Assembly (NCBI GenBank): GCA_964598405.1
Contig: CAZRBS010000003.1
Span: forward strand, 1 to 46,426
Length of the DNA: 46,426 bases
Direction of reading: 5' to 3'
From: an uncultured Dehalococcoidaceae bacterium
Lineage (GTDB): Bacteria; Chloroflexota; Dehalococcoidia; Dehalococcoidales; RBG-16-60-22
Positions 1 to 8,987 of the stretch are shown piece after piece. Under the pieces are notes generated by a model. It saw only the letters and a list, made by a program, of their open reading frames with translations. It had not been told where the DNA came from and searched no databases. Both the position numbers and the translations under genes were made by a program. Numbering within the stretch: position 1 is the first letter of the stretch; each line of letters begins with the position of its first letter.

Positions 1-50
1 GTTGATGTGCCCAGATGTCAATAGTTGTGCCATCTGTCACAAAAAGATTC

Positions 51-986
51 CTATCCGGTTCTTTCTTTTAATCCGGCGATGACTTTTGGCAGGCCGGTTT
101 CCAGGCTCCACTCTGGTTGGTAGCCGAAACTCAGGGCCCGGGAGATGTCTGCCGCGCTGTGCCTTAAATCGCCGGGCCTGGGCTCAGCATGAACTGGCTG
201 CAGCTTCTTGTGCATCAATTCAAGGATTCTCCGGGCCAGCTGGTTTACGCTGGTGCTCTGACCGCTTCCGAGGTTGTAGGTGCCTTCGGCATTGTTTCGG
301 GCAGCTAAAATGGTGCCCTGTGTCACATCTTCGATAAAGACAAAGTCCCGGCTTTGTTCTCCGTCTCCGAATATTACCGGAGGCAAATTCTGGAAGGTTC
401 TTTCGATGAAGGCAGGAACAGCCGCGGCATATTGCGATTGGGAATCTTGTCTCGGACCATAGATATTGAAGTATCGCAGGCAGACGGTGGAAAGACCGTA
501 AATGCGGCGGAAAAGATGGCAGTAGTATTCACCGACCATCTTGGTCAAAGCGTAAGGAGAAATGGGATTGGGGGGGGTGTCTTCCTTTTGCGGTGAAGCA
601 CTGGCATCACCGTAAAGGGCACAGGAAGAGGCAAAAACTACCTTGCGGACGCCATTATCTCTGGCGGCGGTTAGAACGTTGAGGGTCCCGGTTATGTTTA
701 CCTCATTGGTCGTCAGAGGGTCTTCTATACTGGCGGGAACGCTGGTAAGAGCCGCCAGATGGAAGACAAACTCGGCCCCCTGGAATAACTTCTGGAGCAA
801 CGGCAGGTCGGTAATGCTTCCCCGGTGAAAGTCCGCGTTCTTTTCGCCGAGCAACCCTTCTATATTTTCCAGCTTCCCGGAGAAAAGATTGTCTAGGATG
901 ATAACCTGATAGTTCTGTCCGGCTAATTTTTCCGCCAGGTGCGAGCCGATGAAGCCGGCTCCTCCGGTGACGATGACTTTTTTCAA
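51..986 (-). CDS. NAD-dependent epimerase/dehydratase, UDP-glucose 4-epimerase-like (extended SDR)
   Basis: 311-aa ORF. N-terminal Rossmann motif VTGGAGFIGSHL and catalytic YxxxK (SPYALTK). TTG start preceded by AAAGGAAAG. Confidence 0.85.
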   Translation of the reverse strand: MKKVIVTGGAGFIGSHLAEKLAGQNYQVIILDNLFSGKLENIEGLLGEKNADFHRGSITDLPLLQKLFQGAEFVFHLAALTSVPASIEDPLTTNEVNITGTLNVLTAARDNGVRKVVFASSCALYGDASASPQKEDTPPNPISPYALTKMVGEYYCHLFRRIYGLSTVCLRYFNIYGPRQDSQSQYAAAVPAFIERTFQNLPPVIFGDGEQSRDFVFIEDVTQGTILAARNNAEGTYNLGSGQSTSVNQLARRILELMHKKLQPVHAEPRPGDLRHSAADISRALSFGYQPEWSLETGLPKVIAGLKERTG

Positions 987-1131
987 GATAGCTTTCCTTT
1001 TCTTTTTGTGCCCGCTAAACTTTCCAATTTTACCTTAGATGCATTCCCGTAGTAAAGAAAGTATGTGTCTGACACTGTGCCGGTTTTTTGCCTGTTGCCG
1101 AAATCCGGGGCATGGGCTATTATTACAGTAG

Positions 1132-1641
1132 ATGTTATTATCAACCTCCTCTAATAATGAGGCTAACTGTGCCCGCCGCGGGAGCTTTGCCTGCTTGCTC
1201 TGGGCGGGGAGGAGGCGGTGGGACAGAATTTTATCTGTCGTACTGATTCTGGCCGTGCTCGGTGCGATTGGCATCGTGGTCTATATGACGACCACACCCC
1301 GGATAGAAGAGAGGTTTACCGAGTTCTACATCCTGAACCCGGAGGGGGATGCCGGTGATTACCCGGATGAGCTTGCCCCGGGAGAGGAAGGCAGGGTGGA
1401 GGTGGGAATAGTGAACCGGGAGTATGAGACCGCAGTCTACCGGTTGGAAGTGGTGGCTGGCAACGAAAGAGTAAACGAGGTAGGCCCTATAACTCTGGCT
1501 CATGAAGGGAAATGGGAACGGGAGGTTCCCTTTGCTTTTTCTGCCGCCGGCTCAGGGCAGAAGGTTGAGTTTCTGTTATATAAGGGAGGGCAGGACGAAG
1601 CTTACCGGTCGCTTCATCTCTGGGTTGATGTGAGGGGTTAG
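1132..1641 (+). CDS. Single-TM protein with DUF1616-like C-terminal domain (hypothetical)
   Basis: 169-aa ORF with one hydrophobic helix (ILSVVLILAVLGAIGIVVY). This is followed by FTEFYILNPEGDAGDYPDEL..GEEGRVEVGIVNREYETAVYRLEV, which resembles the C-terminal part of archaeal/Chloroflexi DUF1616 proteins as I remember them. True start uncertain; a GGGAGGAGG sits at about 1207-1215. Confidence 0.5.
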   Translation: MLLSTSSNNEANCARRGSFACLLWAGRRRWDRILSVVLILAVLGAIGIVVYMTTTPRIEERFTEFYILNPEGDAGDYPDELAPGEEGRVEVGIVNREYETAVYRLEVVAGNERVNEVGPITLAHEGKWEREVPFAFSAAGSGQKVEFLLYKGGQDEAYRSLHLWVDVRG

Positions 1642-1813
1642 GCTGGAGCAGTGGAGAGTTCTCTATTACTGCCCCGGCTAATCGGAAGAAATTACCAGAG
1701 GGTTTTTAACCTTATTTGTCCTTTTCAGCAGTCCCCGGGGGGCGAATAGCTTCATTCTGGGCGCCGATTTAAAGTGTGGGCTGCTGGCACCATGAAGAAT
1801 AAGCGGAAGCAAG

Positions 1814-2449
1814 ATGTTACTTTTTGGACACACCGGAATTGCGCTTGGTGCCGCGGTACTTGCAGGTCGAGTGGTCGGCGGCAGCCGTTTTTCTAAATCT
1901 GGTGGAAAAAGAGGGGCTTCAGGCGGGGTATCTCAAGCAGTTTCCAAACCGGAAGAATCTCAAGGTAGCAACGGGTCGCGACTTAATACTTTGGTCAGCC
2001 GCATTGACATGAGGCTCTTGCTGGTGGGCTCTCTTCTTCCGGATATCGTTGACAAACCGGTGGGGCTTTTCCTCTTCGGAGAGACTTTCAGCAACGGCAG
2101 GATATTTTGCCACACGCTTCTTTTCCTAATCCTGCTCTCCGTTGCCGGGGTGAGCTTTTACCGGTCTTACGGAAAGACCTGGCTTCTCGCTCTTTTCTTT
2201 GGTACGCTCACCCATCTCGTATTTGACCAGATGTGGCGTGCCCCCCGAACTCTATTCTGGCCGCTGTTCGGACTGTCATTTGAGAGGGCAGATGTCAGTA
2301 ACTGGACATCAGATATATATCATAGGCTGTTTACCGAGCCTTCAGTATACATTCCGGAGATAGCGGGAGCAATAATACTGGCGTGGTTTACGCTTACGCT
2401 GGTGCGCCGGAGAAACGTCAACAGCTTCATCAGACACGGGCGAATTTAA
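1814..2449 (+). CDS. Membrane-bound metal-dependent hydrolase, DUF457/YdjM-like
   Basis: 211-aa ORF with several hydrophobic segments, N-terminal FGHTGIALG and LLPDIVDKP motifs typical of DUF457, and a low-complexity G/S/K loop insert. Confidence 0.55.
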   Translation: MLLFGHTGIALGAAVLAGRVVGGSRFSKSGGKRGASGGVSQAVSKPEESQGSNGSRLNTLVSRIDMRLLLVGSLLPDIVDKPVGLFLFGETFSNGRIFCHTLLFLILLSVAGVSFYRSYGKTWLLALFFGTLTHLVFDQMWRAPRTLFWPLFGLSFERADVSNWTSDIYHRLFTEPSVYIPEIAGAIILAWFTLTLVRRRNVNSFIRHGRI

Positions 2450-2540
2450 TTTGTTGACTTTTTATGCCACTCAATTGTATTGGGCTATGGTGCGTGGAAG
2501 GAGAGTGAGAGAGTGATAATGCTTCCCGGCGAATCTTTTA

Positions 2541-2549
2541 TGATATAAT
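2541..2549 (+). promoter_or_regulatory. Candidate extended -10 promoter element (TGaTATAAT) for the FAH-family gene
   Basis: TGATATAAT lies 32 nt upstream of the ATG at 2581. The RBS GAGGGAG lies between them. Confidence 0.3.
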
Positions 2550-2580
2550 TACTGGTCAGAAGCTGGTGTGAGGGAGCACA

Positions 2581-3423
2581 ATGAAGATAGGACAAATCAG
2601 GAAACAGGATAAAGTAACCGCCGCCATATTTGAAGGAAACCTGGCCCGGCCAATTCAGAACTATCGCGTTATCGATTTAATCAGGAAGGCGGAAAAAGAA
2701 TCAGCCGGGCTGGCCGAAATTGCGATGAGCCTGGCTGGTGAGGAATCCGGGGAGGCGAAGAAAACAATCCCCATCGAACCGGGTGAAGTCTGGGCTTGCG
2801 GGTGTTCGTACCAGGTCAGCGCCGCCTGGCGGGACAGGGAACACGGTACCAGAGAGGGGTTCTATGCCGCTGTTTCCAGGAATGAGAGGCCGGAACTTTT
2901 CTTCAAAGGAAACGCGAGGTCATGCACCGGCCCGGGCGACTATATCGGGATACGTGCCGATTCCCATTTTACGGCGCCGGAGGCGGAACTTGCCGTTGTC
3001 CTGGGAGGCAGCGGTAAGGTTTTTGGGTATACAATCGGAAACGACGTATCTGCCTGGGATATTGAGAGGGAAAACCCTCTCTACCTGCCGCAGTCAAAAA
3101 TATTTGACGGATGTGCCGCACTGGGCCCGGTGATGGTGACTGCCGATGAGATAAAGGACCCGTATAATCTTGAGATTAGCTGTAACATCGACAGGAACGG
3201 GGAAATAATATTTGAGGGCAAATCAACGACCCGGAAACTTGCCCGGAAAATTGAAGAAATGGTCAGTTTCCTGTTGCGTTCAAACAAGATACCGCCGGGG
3301 ACCGTCCTCATGACCGGCACGGGAGTTATTATCCCGGCGGAAGCGGCGTTGAAGCCTGGGGACATAGTCAATATCAGGATACCGGAGATAGGGGTACTGA
3401 CGAATATTGCCAAAATAGTGTGA
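2581..3423 (+). CDS. Fumarylacetoacetate hydrolase (FAH) family protein
   Basis: 280-aa ORF with FAH-family core motifs (GNDVSAWDIE, LPQSKIFDG, GTVLMTGTG). RBS GAGGGAG upstream of the ATG. Confidence 0.85.
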   Translation: MKIGQIRKQDKVTAAIFEGNLARPIQNYRVIDLIRKAEKESAGLAEIAMSLAGEESGEAKKTIPIEPGEVWACGCSYQVSAAWRDREHGTREGFYAAVSRNERPELFFKGNARSCTGPGDYIGIRADSHFTAPEAELAVVLGGSGKVFGYTIGNDVSAWDIERENPLYLPQSKIFDGCAALGPVMVTADEIKDPYNLEISCNIDRNGEIIFEGKSTTRKLARKIEEMVSFLLRSNKIPPGTVLMTGTGVIIPAEAALKPGDIVNIRIPEIGVLTNIAKIV

Positions 3424-3452
3424 AAGACCGGCTCCCGGCTTACCCGGCTTTT

Positions 3453-4460
3453 TCAGCTAAACCTGTTGCCGGACTTCCGGGTTTTCTGCTGCGCGAAGGC
3501 CGCCGCCCCGAGCACCCCGGAATAACTTCCCAGCTCAGCCCGGACAAAGCGAACCGCCCGGTACGCTTCTTCATAGGACCTTTCCCGGGCTACTTCGAGG
3601 GCGGGAACGAGCAGCATATCACCCATGTTGGACAGTCCCCCGCTGATGATGATGAGTTCCGGATTGAATATGTTTACCAGGCTGGCAAGTCCGATTCCAA
3701 AGTAGCGGGCTACTCTGGCGATGAGCTTTCTGGCTAAATCGTCTCCATGCTCGGCGGCATTCTGGACAGCCCGGGCGTCCACCTTCTCGATTTGGCCGTC
3801 AGCATAGTCCGGGATGGAAGTTACAGCCCCGCCTTTAATCAGGCTCCTGGCTTCCCTGGCCAGCGCTGAACCTGAAGCCAGCGTCTCCCAGCAGCCCGAA
3901 TTACCGCAGTTGCAGCGGGGCCCGTTGGGGTCGATGGTCATGTGCCCGATTTCCCCGGCGGTACCGATGGCACCGGTGTAAAGTCTGCCGTTGATGACAA
4001 TTCCCCCACCGATGCCGGTGCTGATGGTAATATAGATGAAGTTGCGGGTGTTTTTTGCCGCACCGTAGCACAGTTCGCCCAGTGCCGCGGCGTTGGCATC
4101 GTTAATCAGGAAAGTCCTTTTCCCGGATTCCCGTTCAATGATAGCCCTTAGGGGCACGTTGCTCCAGCCGGGGAGGTGGGGAGAGGTGAAAACTGTGCCC
4201 GTCTCCGGGTTTGAAATGCCCGGAGCCCCGATTCCCACAGCACGGATTCTGCCAGCAGATATTCCTGCCTGTTCCGAAACACGGTCAGCCGACCCGAGGA
4301 TTTTCCGGGTAACGGTTTCCACTTTTTTATCAGACGGCGTTGTTCTGTAATCATGGGAGAGTATATTCCCTTCAGAACCGACCAGCGCCGTAAGTATTTT
4401 GCTGCCGCCGAGGTCGACGCCGAGAAAGAATGACCTTCGGTTATCATCCGTCCTTTTCAC
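3453..4460 (-). CDS. ROK family glucokinase
   Basis: Motifs: FLGVDLGGSKI (ATP-binding), GAPG, and ROK zinc motif CNCGNSGCWE. I prefer the GTG at 4460 (GAGGGA RBS 3-4 nt upstream) over the ORF-track start at 4493, which has no RBS. Confidence 0.85.
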   Translation of the reverse strand: MKRTDDNRRSFFLGVDLGGSKILTALVGSEGNILSHDYRTTPSDKKVETVTRKILGSADRVSEQAGISAGRIRAVGIGAPGISNPETGTVFTSPHLPGWSNVPLRAIIERESGKRTFLINDANAAALGELCYGAAKNTRNFIYITISTGIGGGIVINGRLYTGAIGTAGEIGHMTIDPNGPRCNCGNSGCWETLASGSALAREARSLIKGGAVTSIPDYADGQIEKVDARAVQNAAEHGDDLARKLIARVARYFGIGLASLVNIFNPELIIISGGLSNMGDMLLVPALEVARERSYEEAYRAVRFVRAELGSYSGVLGAAAFAQQKTRKSGNRFS

Positions 4461-4523
4461 TTTTCCCTCACCGTGCCGCCTGGTATCCCGCACAAAAATG
4501 GCTGTATCCGATAGAAGGCTGCT

Positions 4524-6998
4524 CTAAACTATTATGCCCTCCGGGGACGCCTTTCCCCTCAGGGCAGCCAGCTCCCGAGAGTCGAGAAGCTCCTTCTCGG
4601 GCAGGTCGAGAAGGCGTGCCGCCTCGGCGAGAATGTGAGCCCAGGTACAGCGGTTGACGAACAGCATGCCGGGGACTGTCAGTGTACCCCCCTGCCCGAT
4701 AAAGCCCAGTCCGGCGGTGCTGCTGCCGGAGTGCAGCGGCTGCAATACTCCCAGGAGCGGTTCCGGGCGGGTATGGGTGACGAATATGCGGTTCGGTATC
4801 GAATGCGGGTAGAGTTCTGCCTGAAGCTCCTTCGGTGCCACGTGAGACCGCTCTCCCCGGCTCCGCGGTTTCCGGAACTTCCCCGGCTCGAGCATGTAGA
4901 CAGTGGAGTGGGGGACTTCACGGTCAGCCAGGCGGAGGGACGCTTTTATTACCTCCTCAAGCTGGTAGGCTCCAATGGCAGTCAGCACCAGGCGTTGCCG
5001 GGCTGGCTGGTGACCTGCCCAGTCCAGCCGTATGGCTCCTTCCTCCAATAATCTGGCTGCTTCCTCCGGGGTAAAAAGGTCGGGCACCGAGTCTATCTTC
5101 GGCACCACTAGTGTCCAGACCTGCCCCTGTGTCCGGTAGACGCCCTGCATGACGACAGCGGCGCTGTTGTAGTCCGGCACAAACAGGACCCTGGACACGT
5201 CGGAAACCTCGTTGAGCATGGCTTCAGCCATGGCGGGGTCCTGGTGGGACTGCTCGTTTTTGGCATTCTCCCAGGTGTGCGATGTCAGGACCAGGGGCAC
5301 GGAGAGCCAGTGCTGGGAGCAACCCTGTTCCTTGCAATGGTTGGCAAAGATAACTTCCTGCCGGACCACGCCGTGCATTTTGGCACCAAAAGCCTCATAG
5401 GTGACAATAATGTTGATGCCGCCTTTGTTGGCCAGGGCCGCCGCCGCCACTGCCTCCTCATTGAGCACCGTAATGACGGCCCCGTGGGTGTCCTCCGGGA
5501 CATCTCTGAATTCCGGGTCAGTGACCCGGAACTTGAGGGCATCGAGGGTGCGCAGCATGCGGTTGGAGCGCATCTCGTCAGGATTGCCTGCCCGGGGACG
5601 GAGGTGCGGGTTGGCCTGTACCGTGGCCAGGAACATGGCGTCCACGGCATACATGGGGGAGAACCTCGTCCAGCCGGAGGGGTCTTTTCTGTCCCCGGGC
5701 ACTCTGCGTGACACGGGTTTCGGGATTCTGGCGAGCTGTATCTCCCGATGGGCGAGGGGGTGGTCTCTCTCCCTCACCCGACCGGATGCTTCATGGTGCT
5801 GGAACTTCTCTATTGCTTTCTTCAGCTCTGTCAGAGGCACCCACAGCCTTCTGGTGCTCTCATTAAACCGGCGGGCAGCCGCGATGTCCGTGTGCGGATT
5901 GGACATGAGCGGCAGGTTGTGTGCCAGATTGGTTCCCTCGCCGTAGAAGCCCGCTCCTTTGGGGGCCACGGCTATGCCGTAGGGCAGGGAAATGGGGTAG
6001 GCCTCCTCTCCGGTACGTAACGCTTTGGCGAGGGCTTCCAGCCGGCACTCCATTTCAAAGATTGCCCAGGCGAAGGCGGCCGGGTCCCGGCCGTCAAATA
6101 CAATGGGGTCGAACCTGTTTATTTTCAGGTGCTGGGTAAACCAGGCAGTTCCACCCTGCTGGGACATGGTGGTTCTCTGGTCAATGCGGCGGCCGTTGCT
6201 TATCATAATCGGCATGACAAAGCCGCAGTCATCAGCACGCCACCATCTGGGCGCCCAGTCGCTTCCTCGCTGCTCCTCGAAGGCGCCGTCGCTGAGGAAG
6301 GCGACCAGCCGCTCACCCGGCAGTGGCATATGGACGTACTGGAGCTCGGTAAAGCCCAGATATCCCCCCTCAACCATGCCACCGGCAGTATGGACGTTGA
6401 CGTGGCTTCCCAGCGGCGAGTCCTGCCTTCCTTCTTCTGACAGCTTATATGAATAAAAGTCACGGACATAGCGGGTAAGTCCCTCGTCGGTGAGGGAATA
6501 CCGTTCAGCGTGGGTGGGTGTCATGTTGTCAAGGACCAGGTTTACCGTGTCGATTGCTGCCACGCAGTGCCCCTGCCCCATTATCCAGGAGCGGGTATCG
6601 GCGGTAATGGCGTTAACTGCCATGTAGCCGGTGTAGGCGGGCACCATGTTCAGGGCGCCGCCGGTGTGTCCTTCAGGGCGCAGCTTGAAGTCCTCCGAGG
6701 CCAGGTCTCTCCCGTCAAGGTAGACATTCCGGGCATAGGTCTCGTGGGCTACCAGCCACATGGCGGTGCAGGCTACCCGGTCAGCAGCGTGAAGCACATT
6801 GAAGAGCGGCACACCGTCCCCCTTTACTCCGCGGCTGGACAGCAGTTCCGCCATGTTAAACACCCGTGCCTGGGTCTCTACCGAATGCTGGATTACGCCG
6901 TAGCCGGCGGCCCAGCGGTCTGCTTCTTTGTTTTTCCCGCGGTACAGGCTGACCCATTCTTCGGTGCGGATGTCTTTAACTTTGTTATTCTGGTTCAC
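4524..6998 (-). CDS. Phosphoketolase family protein (divergent XFP-like, TPP-dependent)
   Basis: 824 aa, the right size for a phosphoketolase. Landmarks appear in canonical order but are altered (EGHTGGA, GQGHCVAA, VEGGYLGF, SDGAFEEQRG, GNPDEMRSNR, SHTWENAKNEQSHQDP). GTG start with GGAGGA RBS. Its start overlaps the ackA stop by 14 nt. Confidence 0.75.
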   Translation of the reverse strand: MNQNNKVKDIRTEEWVSLYRGKNKEADRWAAGYGVIQHSVETQARVFNMAELLSSRGVKGDGVPLFNVLHAADRVACTAMWLVAHETYARNVYLDGRDLASEDFKLRPEGHTGGALNMVPAYTGYMAVNAITADTRSWIMGQGHCVAAIDTVNLVLDNMTPTHAERYSLTDEGLTRYVRDFYSYKLSEEGRQDSPLGSHVNVHTAGGMVEGGYLGFTELQYVHMPLPGERLVAFLSDGAFEEQRGSDWAPRWWRADDCGFVMPIMISNGRRIDQRTTMSQQGGTAWFTQHLKINRFDPIVFDGRDPAAFAWAIFEMECRLEALAKALRTGEEAYPISLPYGIAVAPKGAGFYGEGTNLAHNLPLMSNPHTDIAAARRFNESTRRLWVPLTELKKAIEKFQHHEASGRVRERDHPLAHREIQLARIPKPVSRRVPGDRKDPSGWTRFSPMYAVDAMFLATVQANPHLRPRAGNPDEMRSNRMLRTLDALKFRVTDPEFRDVPEDTHGAVITVLNEEAVAAAALANKGGINIIVTYEAFGAKMHGVVRQEVIFANHCKEQGCSQHWLSVPLVLTSHTWENAKNEQSHQDPAMAEAMLNEVSDVSRVLFVPDYNSAAVVMQGVYRTQGQVWTLVVPKIDSVPDLFTPEEAARLLEEGAIRLDWAGHQPARQRLVLTAIGAYQLEEVIKASLRLADREVPHSTVYMLEPGKFRKPRSRGERSHVAPKELQAELYPHSIPNRIFVTHTRPEPLLGVLQPLHSGSSTAGLGFIGQGGTLTVPGMLFVNRCTWAHILAEAARLLDLPEKELLDSRELAALRGKASPEGIIV

Positions 6999-8226
6999 TT
7001 TGTCCTCCTTGCCATAAGAGGTTAAGGCAGCGTGCGGTGTCGCGTGTTATTATCATTCCCTCATCTACGGTGACCACATAGACGCTGACTCTGGAATGAC
7101 CGGCGCTTATCCTGGTTTCCGTCCCGGTGGTGGCGGCGTTGCGCTTATCGTCCAGGACCAGTCCGCACCAGTCCATTCCACGGCAAATGCGCTTTCGCAC
7201 CTCAGGTGAGTTCTCGCCGATGCCGCCACCGAACACGATGCCGTCAATTCCGTTGAGAACGGCCGTGTATGCCCCGATGTATTTGCGCACCCGGTAGCAG
7301 AACATCTCCACCGCTCTTCGGGCACGGTCATCACCCTCATGCTCTGCTTGGAGCAGCTCCCGCATGTCCCGCGAGCGTCCCGAGACTCCCAGGAGTCCGG
7401 AACGGGTGTTCAGCCAGCTTTCTACCTCTCCGGCAGCTACTTTCTCCTGCTGTGCCAGGAAACTGACGATGGACGGGTCCAGGTCTCCGGACCTGGTGCC
7501 CATTAGGAGGCCCTCAAGGGGGGTAAATCCCATTGAGGTGTCAATTGAGCGCCCGCCGCAGGCTGCCGTCGCCGAGCAGCCATTGCCCAGCTGCAAGGTG
7601 ATGAGCTTCGTCTTTTCCGGCGCCATACCGGTAATGGCGGCATACCTTTCGGTCATGTAGCGGTGTGCCAGCCCGTGAAAACCGTAGCGGCGGATATGAT
7701 ATTTCCGGGTCAGTTCAAGGGGGATGGCATATGTGGATGCTTCTTCCGTGAGCGTGGCGTGGAAGGAGGTATCGAAGGAGGCGACCTGGGGGATTTCCGT
7801 CCCCAGCACATTTCTGGTGGTGCGGATAACGGATAGCGCAGGGGCATTGTGCAGGGGAGCCAGCTGGCTGATAGCCTCAATAGCGCCTATAACCTCGTCG
7901 TTGATGAGCGCCGGTCCTTTGAAGTGGTGTCCGCCGTGGACAACCCGGTGTCCTATCGCCGCCAGGTTGCTGGAGCTTATCATCTTCAGGGAGTCGAGCC
8001 ACGCCAGCACTCGGCGAATAGCCTCGCCGTGGTCGGTTACCGCAGCGGCTTCGCGGAGTCCTGCATCGCCTGAGCCGGAGAAGCGGACTTCCCCCTGCCC
8101 GCCAATTCTATCAATGATACCGGAGGCTAATTTTTGCTCCCGCTGTACCGTCCTGCCCGCGGACTCAATGTCGAAAAGCTGGAATTTGAGGGTGGAGCTG
8201 CCACAGTTAACGGCGAGGACTTTCAC
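6985..8226 (-). CDS. ackA: Acetate kinase
   Basis: Motifs: VLAVNCGSSTLKFQLF, GHRVVHGG, FDTSFH, HGLAHRY. The GTG at 8226 is preceded by GGAGAGGAGG and gives a normal length of about 413 aa. The ORF-track start at 8337 adds 37 non-conserved residues. Confidence 0.9.
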   Translation of the reverse strand: MKVLAVNCGSSTLKFQLFDIESAGRTVQREQKLASGIIDRIGGQGEVRFSGSGDAGLREAAAVTDHGEAIRRVLAWLDSLKMISSSNLAAIGHRVVHGGHHFKGPALINDEVIGAIEAISQLAPLHNAPALSVIRTTRNVLGTEIPQVASFDTSFHATLTEEASTYAIPLELTRKYHIRRYGFHGLAHRYMTERYAAITGMAPEKTKLITLQLGNGCSATAACGGRSIDTSMGFTPLEGLLMGTRSGDLDPSIVSFLAQQEKVAAGEVESWLNTRSGLLGVSGRSRDMRELLQAEHEGDDRARRAVEMFCYRVRKYIGAYTAVLNGIDGIVFGGGIGENSPEVRKRICRGMDWCGLVLDDKRNAATTGTETRISAGHSRVSVYVVTVDEGMIITRDTARCLNLLWQGGQSEPE

Positions 8227-8356
8227 TTGAAGTGCCTCCTCTCCATGGGCTGCTGAACCGTCGCAGAGTAACCGGGTTAGTTTATCCTGCCGTAAGGGCA
8301 GGGCACGTAGGGTGGTTCTCTGCTGATTTATTATCAATTCTAGTATGATATCGACT

Positions 8357-8387
8357 TAAAAGCAAAAGGAGAGCCGGAATGCTCTCC
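8357..8387 (-). terminator. Rho-independent terminator downstream of the 8557-8874 gene
   Basis: Minus-strand RNA reads GGAGAGC-AUUCCG-GCUCUCC followed by UUUUGCUUUU: a perfect 7-bp GC-rich stem plus U-tract. Confidence 0.6.
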
Positions 8388-8430
8388 TGTCATCCTTTTG
8401 CATCGATTGTTCTTTGCCGGCACACAGAGC

Positions 8431-8476
8431 GGCGAGCTATACGCTCTATATATATATCAGGAGCACATAGCTCGCC
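8431..8476. repeat. 46-nt inverted repeat / hairpin with (TA)n loop
   Basis: Arms GGCGAGCTAT (8431-8440) and ATAGCTCGCC (8467-8476) are perfectly complementary. An inner GCTC/GAGC pair closes a loop containing TATATATATAT. Confidence 0.6.
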
Positions 8477-8556
8477 AGATGAAAAAGGAGGTCACATAGC
8501 CAGCCCCTTCCTGTGTGCTGCTATCTCGTATGCTTGATGGTCAACCTTTCACTTTT

Positions 8557-8874
8557 CTACCTGACCTCAAGGCTTTCTTTCCCCAGTTTGCCCACTTCCT
8601 GGCGGTAGTCGATGCCCAGTTTCTGCAACCTTTTGATGGTGTCCTTGACTCTGGTCTCATTTTCATACAGGAACTCTGAGAGGGCTTCGGTACCCGTGGC
8701 AGTGAGGCGGTAACCTCTTAACCTGTTGCCGCTTAAATAGCCACGGTTAACCAGCGAATCATATAAATAGCCGATGTATTCGCCGGTGATATCCATCGGC
8801 CGGGACAGTATTTTTTTACCGGACTCTCCGGTTGTGGCAATGGCCAGCAGGATTATCATTTCGCCCGGGAACAT
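8557..8874 (-). CDS. Small hypothetical protein, possible winged-helix DNA-binding protein
   Basis: 105 aa from the ATG at 8874 (GGAGGGG RBS 5 nt upstream); the ORF track extends to 8919. The segment GYLYDSLVNRGYLSGNRLRGYRLTATGTEAL looks like a recognition helix plus wing. No family recognised. Confidence 0.5.
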   Translation of the reverse strand: MFPGEMIILLAIATTGESGKKILSRPMDITGEYIGYLYDSLVNRGYLSGNRLRGYRLTATGTEALSEFLYENETRVKDTIKRLQKLGIDYRQEVGKLGKESLEVR

Positions 8875-8909
8875 CTTTCCCCCTCCGCACTTTTGTGTCA
8901 ACAGTCCAA

Positions 8910-8941
8910 TTTTTAGCACATAAATTGTCTATTGTCAATAG
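8910..8941 (-). promoter_or_regulatory. Candidate sigma70-type promoter with overlapping 13-bp palindrome (putative operator)
   Basis: On the minus strand: TTGACA (8933-8938), a 17-nt spacer, then TAAAAA(T) (8910-8915), about 30 nt upstream of the ATG at 8874. The palindrome CTATTGaCAATAG (8929-8941) covers the -35. Confidence 0.4.
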
Positions 8942-8987
8942 CCTGCCCCAGAGCGAAGGGTGAATTTTTCTCCTTTTTTGATGTTTC

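Noticed and set aside
1-33. Possible start of a minus-strand gene running off the left edge (ATGGCACAACTATTGACATCTGGGCAC...)
   Set aside because: Only 11 codons are visible and there is no RBS, so it cannot be supported.
8227-8337. N-terminal 37-codon extension of ackA in the ORF track
   Set aside because: Not homologous to acetate kinases and contains a hairpin (CCTGCC-GTAAG-GGCAGG). The GTG at 8226 has a strong GGAGAGGAGG RBS and gives the canonical N-terminus VKVLAVNCGSS.
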